Source: Amoebophrya sp. A120
Lineage: Eukaryota > Protista > Dinoflagellata
Direction of reading: 5' to 3'
NCBI GenBank assembly: GCA_905178155.1
Contig: CAJINV010000001.1
Location: forward strand, 12,759,136-12,823,135
Length of the DNA: 64,000 nucleotides
Both the position numbers and the translations under genes were made by a program. Below, in pieces: positions 58,687 through 64,000 of this stretch. The notes beneath the pieces were generated by a model. The model saw only the letters and a list, made by a program, of their open reading frames with translations, ran no database searches and was not told where the DNA came from. How positions within the stretch are numbered: position 1 is the stretch's first letter; the number at the start of each line of letters is the position of its first letter.

Positions 58687-61600
58687 CTGCATATGCAAGA
58701 GAAAGAATCAAGACAGAGGTCATCTATAATGTCCCTTTCTATGCCCTCAATATGGCAGTATTAGTTTCTTGCGGATCTGCACTCCTTATCACTGTTGCTG
58801 TTCTGTCGTTTGTTTCATAAAAATAAATTAAAATTTGCGGAACAGGAGTCAGGGTGTTTATATATTTTCTTAGTGTATCGCTTTGTGTTTGTAAAATCCC
58901 GCAGGAGAGCGAGAGCCACAGTTTCGTCTAGCACTACTCAGGCAATTGCGGAGTGCTAGCAACTAGAACATGCGTTGTAGTTCCGCTGATGATACTACTT
59001 ACATGCAAAACGAGGACCGTCAAACGCTGGAGAGAGATGAAACGCGAGAGAGTAGTACACAGCTATTAGCGCATCTACTATGCAAACGTGGTAACTAGAT
59101 GTGGATGTCACAATTGCCGCGGGTCCGGCGTGGATATTGTTTATGTACTAGAAGTGCCCAGGAAAAGAGTGTCGAAAGGGAGCCTATAGAAAACTTGAGC
59201 TTTTTTCTTTTTGTTTTCCGCTGCATAACAATTCCCCCGTCCTCAAAATCTTCATCGTAGTCGAAGTCTGAGGGTATGAAAGTGCAAAAGAGGCAGGCTC
59301 TAAATTGTGTTCCTCTTTGTTTTTACACGCAAAGTTATGTTTTTCTTGCAAAACGCCGCGAAAATATGGTCTGCCGTTTTAAGTGTACAAGTTGAATACT
59401 TTCTTACATATGATTTGAGCATCTGCGCATACCGCACCCGACGTTTACGAAAAGTCCAGACAGAAGTACGCTCCAGATCTTGAAGTTGAAATAACGCTTC
59501 AAAAATCGCTTGTTATCAAGAATTATACAAGCACAAAGATTCCAAACGACGTAGCTTGGAGCGTCCTAATCGTGAGTGCTTACATTGCCCAAGGATAACA
59601 TACATAAGACTTTTTTGGGGAAAAGAAAGACGAAGAGGTAAGAGCAACGTTTTTGCGCTTTCGTAACAAAATCTTGCTTCACTCCGTGGTAGGCACTGGC
59701 CACGGGTGGCCCGCATTCCCACAGGACCTCCGGCGACAACACCGACCAGTAGATCATGTGCATGACTTTCCGTCGCATCTTGGGTGCAAGAAGCGCCTCC
59801 AGACTCGACATCTTCAGGTCCAGACACGTGACGGTTGGTTCCGGTAGTGATGACCCACCTGAGGAGGAGAAACTTTTGATGCCTCGGCTCTGCCACAACC
59901 TGTCGAGATAGGTTGGAGTCGAAGTCGTGCGTAACGTGCACTTGTATTTTCTTTTTTTAAACACCCATACCTACAGCTGCTCCTAACAAACAGATGACTC
60001 GTCGTTGTCGGTACACGTAAGTACACGTACATATTAAGTTACTTAATTTTTTCTAAAAAGGGTCCTCATGCTGGACATCTACTTTTGCAGACACGCAAAA
60101 GATGTGCGTTTGTTCTTATTTGGTGCGTTCAAGGATGAATTAATCCAGGAGAGGCAGCTAGTCGAATGCAGAGGATGTTGTAGAAGTCGACGGTAGGGTG
60201 ATCGTGATGAAAAGGCTTTTAGATCATATAACTAAAGCTTGTTCTTTGCAAGAATATAAAGGTTTTCAGGAGATAGTCCAATATACCTGCCTTTCGCAAG
60301 AAATCCAGAAAAACCGGCGGCGCAATTAAATTTGAAAAAGGCCCTTCTCTTTATTTTACTGGTTGATAAAGCTGCCCGTGCTTGCTTCCTTCAAACTTAG
60401 TTCACTCTCTTCACCTGTCCTTGGATCTCAACACGGCCGTCGTGACAAGAATATCGCTCCGGAACGAGCTTGCGCGGCGCAGCCGAGCTTGATACCCAGA
60501 AATGTCGGTCGAGGGCGGGGGAGTGCTCGGTTTTACTGGAAGTCGTTCCGCACCAGAAATCGGTTTTCAATGAGATTGAAAACGAAGCCTTTTTGTGTTG
60601 ATTTAGCCAACTCACATGCGGGTCATAAAAGAGAAGGAAAGTAGAGCACCGTCGCATTTCTTTTTCTATGGTAGGTAGCGGTGAACGATAACCATAACTC
60701 ACCCAAAAAAAAAACTTGACAAAAGATACCTCCGCGCTCGGGTTCCTCGCCTCTTCGAAACACAGCACTCGGGAAAAGTGCCGCCGCGTCCACGGGTGCA
60801 AAGGAAACCTTCTTGAAGGGCACCAACGCTTGCGTTTAGCCCCGTTTAAATTGATTTCCGTACGCTCTTGTCGACGGGGAAACTTTTCCGGGACGACGCA
60901 ACCCTGGAGATGCGGTCGAAACTCGGTCCTGGATCAGGGGAAATCCGAACACGAGATGTCCGCTGCTGCTGGGGTGTTTGGCAAACAAAGTGAGGTGAGA
61001 CTGAGAGCAATTTTTTTTTTTGGTAAGTAAGAAAATTGTGGGTTTAGATTGGAAAGTCGTCGAGAATCTTGGAAAGAAATTGATGTGGTGGTAAACAAGT
61101 GCGCAGCACGATCTGCCCAGGTGGGAGGGCTTCACGTAAGCAATTGCTACCGATACAAACTATGCTTAAAGGGGGTGGCCTTGTAGCACCGTTGCATCAA
61201 CTGCGTTTTTTTCTTGTGAGTGTTCCCTTTAGGTTTCGCAAAGTAGATGCCAACGAAAAAAGAGCTCGAGCTATGTCTACTTTCTTTAGTACGTCGAAAT
61301 GCAGTTAGTATTGTCATGAGCTTCGTACTGCACCTGCAGCAAGAAACGAAAGTAGGGTGCGCAGTTCCTAGTCAACATACTGTATTGCACGAGGGAGGAC
61401 GACGAGACAGATGCCACAGGCTCAATGGACGAAAGGCAATTTGGACGACCGAAGACGTGATAGGGTCGTATGTACTACATGTCAATGTGAATGTATCACA
61501 GAGAGACACGCCATGAACGAGCGTTTGTGAATGTCTCACACAGAGACACGCCACAAACTCATACATCAGACTTCCACGTTTCCGATACCATCTGGAGCTC

Positions 61601-64000
61601 ATGAGCGACGATGTAATCTAATTGAACGGCGAGGACCACGACAGAGACAGACACACATCTTGTGCACAACAATTCAACCGAAAAGAGCAAGCAATAGCCA
61701 GCTAGTAGGCCAAGCAAACAGATTCATATGACACGCACCATTAAACGCTTTCGACTTACAACTCTCAAACCGAGCTTTTAACACGTTCCAAACGAAATTC
61801 AACACATCAAGATGGCGACTTTCACCAAAGACGACGAGGAGGGACCGACACAGAAGCGAGAATCTCAATCAGAAGACAACCGAACAAGAATGAACATACG
61901 GCCAGACACCGAAACAGTGGCACAGTTCTACGAGCGTAGAAAGAGAAACAAAACATGGCCACTGTAAGTTGCATTATCTTATGCAGTGGGTAGAACCTAA
62001 ATGAAAGAATTATGTGATGCTATGGCTTTCTTGTCTAGAATCTGATGCGAAAGCGTGAAACCAAAACAGTACATCCATCTACCGCCAAATTTTGTTCATC
62101 ACATGTCGTGTCGTGTGCAAATAACGCTTCACATATAAACGTTCTAACAACGAGAAGATGAACTGCCAACTGTCGACTCGCGGTCTTCCTCTCATTATGC
62201 AGGTCCCCATGTGAATGTTCAACTTCAAAATCCATATGTGTCAGCCGACTATGTTTTCTCGCTTTAGTTTTTTGATACCATCCTCGATTTCTGATTTTTC
62301 ACAAAATAGGTAATTGTCACAGATGCTGTTGGTGCTTCTTTTCGCAAGAACGTATACGTAATGTCTGTAATCTTCGGCAATAAAAATGTTGAACAAACGC
62401 AACAAATCGAAAAGACTAATTCAATACTCGTCGAGTAAATCATACATTTATTAACTTGTTTCATTGACCCTGAGTCTGAGATCCGTGTTCGGAGGGATGA
62501 GAATTTCATAGCATTTTTTAAGAAGTTTCAGGAAGTACTACGACGGTGTGGCTATTGTCGTAATCTTGTTGATTCAGATTCTACATTTATAAAGCTGAGA
62601 CGCAATGGCACCACCTCCACACATGGTAGACAAGCAAAGTGCCTTCGCTAAAAGTAAAAACACCTGTTCCTGTAGCAAATATAGTAAAATAAAAATATGT
62701 CATTGGTTTCACAACTTTTCGTAAATAGAGTTCAACACGCTTTGAGAGGCGACTTTCAGCATCCCCGCATGGTCCGACGATCCATCAGGCATTATGGAAG
62801 ACAAACCTCAAACTCTGTTCCATTATCACCATGCATATCGCGCAGTGTCGGGACGCCAGCCGGAGGGCTGCGCACACTTTTCGTCCGTGTTTGCTTTCAT
62901 GTCATCTTGCTCTCTTGATGAAATTGAATTCTAAACTCCAGTTTTTCTTGCTGCATTTACACGGTTCTCGATTACGAAGTTCACCAGGTAGATAGTGAAA
63001 GCTCCATCCCTGCATCGCGACGCAAATCCGACGCAACTCATAGGTTGCATCTATGAGCAATGAAGACTCGGACGAGCACGACCGTGCCTTTGCACCTTAT
63101 ACAGCGAAAAGAAGTTACATACCATTTGCATTTCTCCTTCTACTACATTAACATTGCTATCGGACGGAGTTTGTCATATTCGTCCCCAGGGATAACCGCT
63201 GTTCCAGCTTGATGGCTACCAGTCGCAACTACCGCTGAAGTAGCAGTCTTCTCCGACGTCGCGTGAAAATCGGCATTCGCTACTTTTCCTCCCGGCATTG
63301 TCATCGAAAAGCGCCACAATCGCGTGTCGTTTTGGGCGGTTTCAGCTCGGAGGTCTTCGACCGAATAGAAGCTGTCTATCGCGTTCTCAACTGTTACACT
63401 CTCAACTGTTGACGCAAGAATGGCAAAAGTGAAAGCGGGGACCTTATTGTGGCGCGTCTTGCATGGCAGATTTGGCACAGATTATCAGCCTGTTTGGCCC
63501 TTCGAGGATTTGTCATGCTTAACAGGCTGCGCGGCTGAAGCCCGGGGGGGGTGCGGGGTCCGCAGGCTTTGTCATGCAAAACAACTTGATCGCGTCGATT
63601 TTTGACGATAATTTCGCATGACAAATCACGTAACCATTGAAGATGTAACGTTTGAGATGAATCCCATACTGTCCGACTCCAGGAGCTCTTCGAAGAGGAA
63701 TTCCCCAGCAACCTTCATCGACACAAGTTGGTGCCCGTCGAACAGCATGGCCTGTCCGCATGTATGAAACTGAAATAACAGTCTTCTACTTCTTTTGAAA
63801 AACCAGAGCAGACGCGAATGAACTTGTTTGCTAAATGTCAAGGGAACAAGCACAAAAAAAGCTTGCTCTGGACGGCATCAACGGGGAGAAAAAGAAATCA
63901 ATCTGACTGGGTTTTTCATTCGACAGTCGTGTAGTAGTGAAGAACTATTTTCAAATTGATAGCTTTCGACGTAGCAAAGCTCCGATTTTCGCACGGCAAT

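Noticed and set aside
59500-64000. Short ORFs such as 59566-59964, 63143-63478 and 63519-63761
   Set aside because: Possibly minus-strand exons, but I could not support a motif or a consistent splice model.

Overview
Eukaryotic, gene-dense, intron-containing DNA. Every recognisable gene is on the minus strand. Co-orientation, proteins padded with low-complexity inserts and non-GT-AG introns bounded by inverted plus direct repeats resemble the parasitic dinoflagellate Amoebophrya (Syndiniales); this taxon is inferred. Genes: JmjC oxygenase, STPG2/SHIPPO PGPG-repeat protein, N4/N6 DNA-methylase-like protein, secreted clan-D-like glycoside hydrolase, AAAP amino-acid permease, SPX protein, CCDC191-like protein, a membrane protein, a 9-exon FAD glycerol-3-phosphate dehydrogenase (G3PDH), and a probable giant gene with about 10 copies of an unrecognised Cys motif. 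Main signal: elements with TAT...ATA termini, terminal inverted repeats (TIRs) and a 5-bp target-site offset. Seven well-supported copies (137-1225 nt) interrupt coding sequence, and removing element plus 5 nt restores the frame. One intact 1627-bp copy lies outside recognisable coding sequence, with a perfect GGTGG duplication and a central fold-back array of palindromic sites. All alignments were done by eye; no database searches were run.
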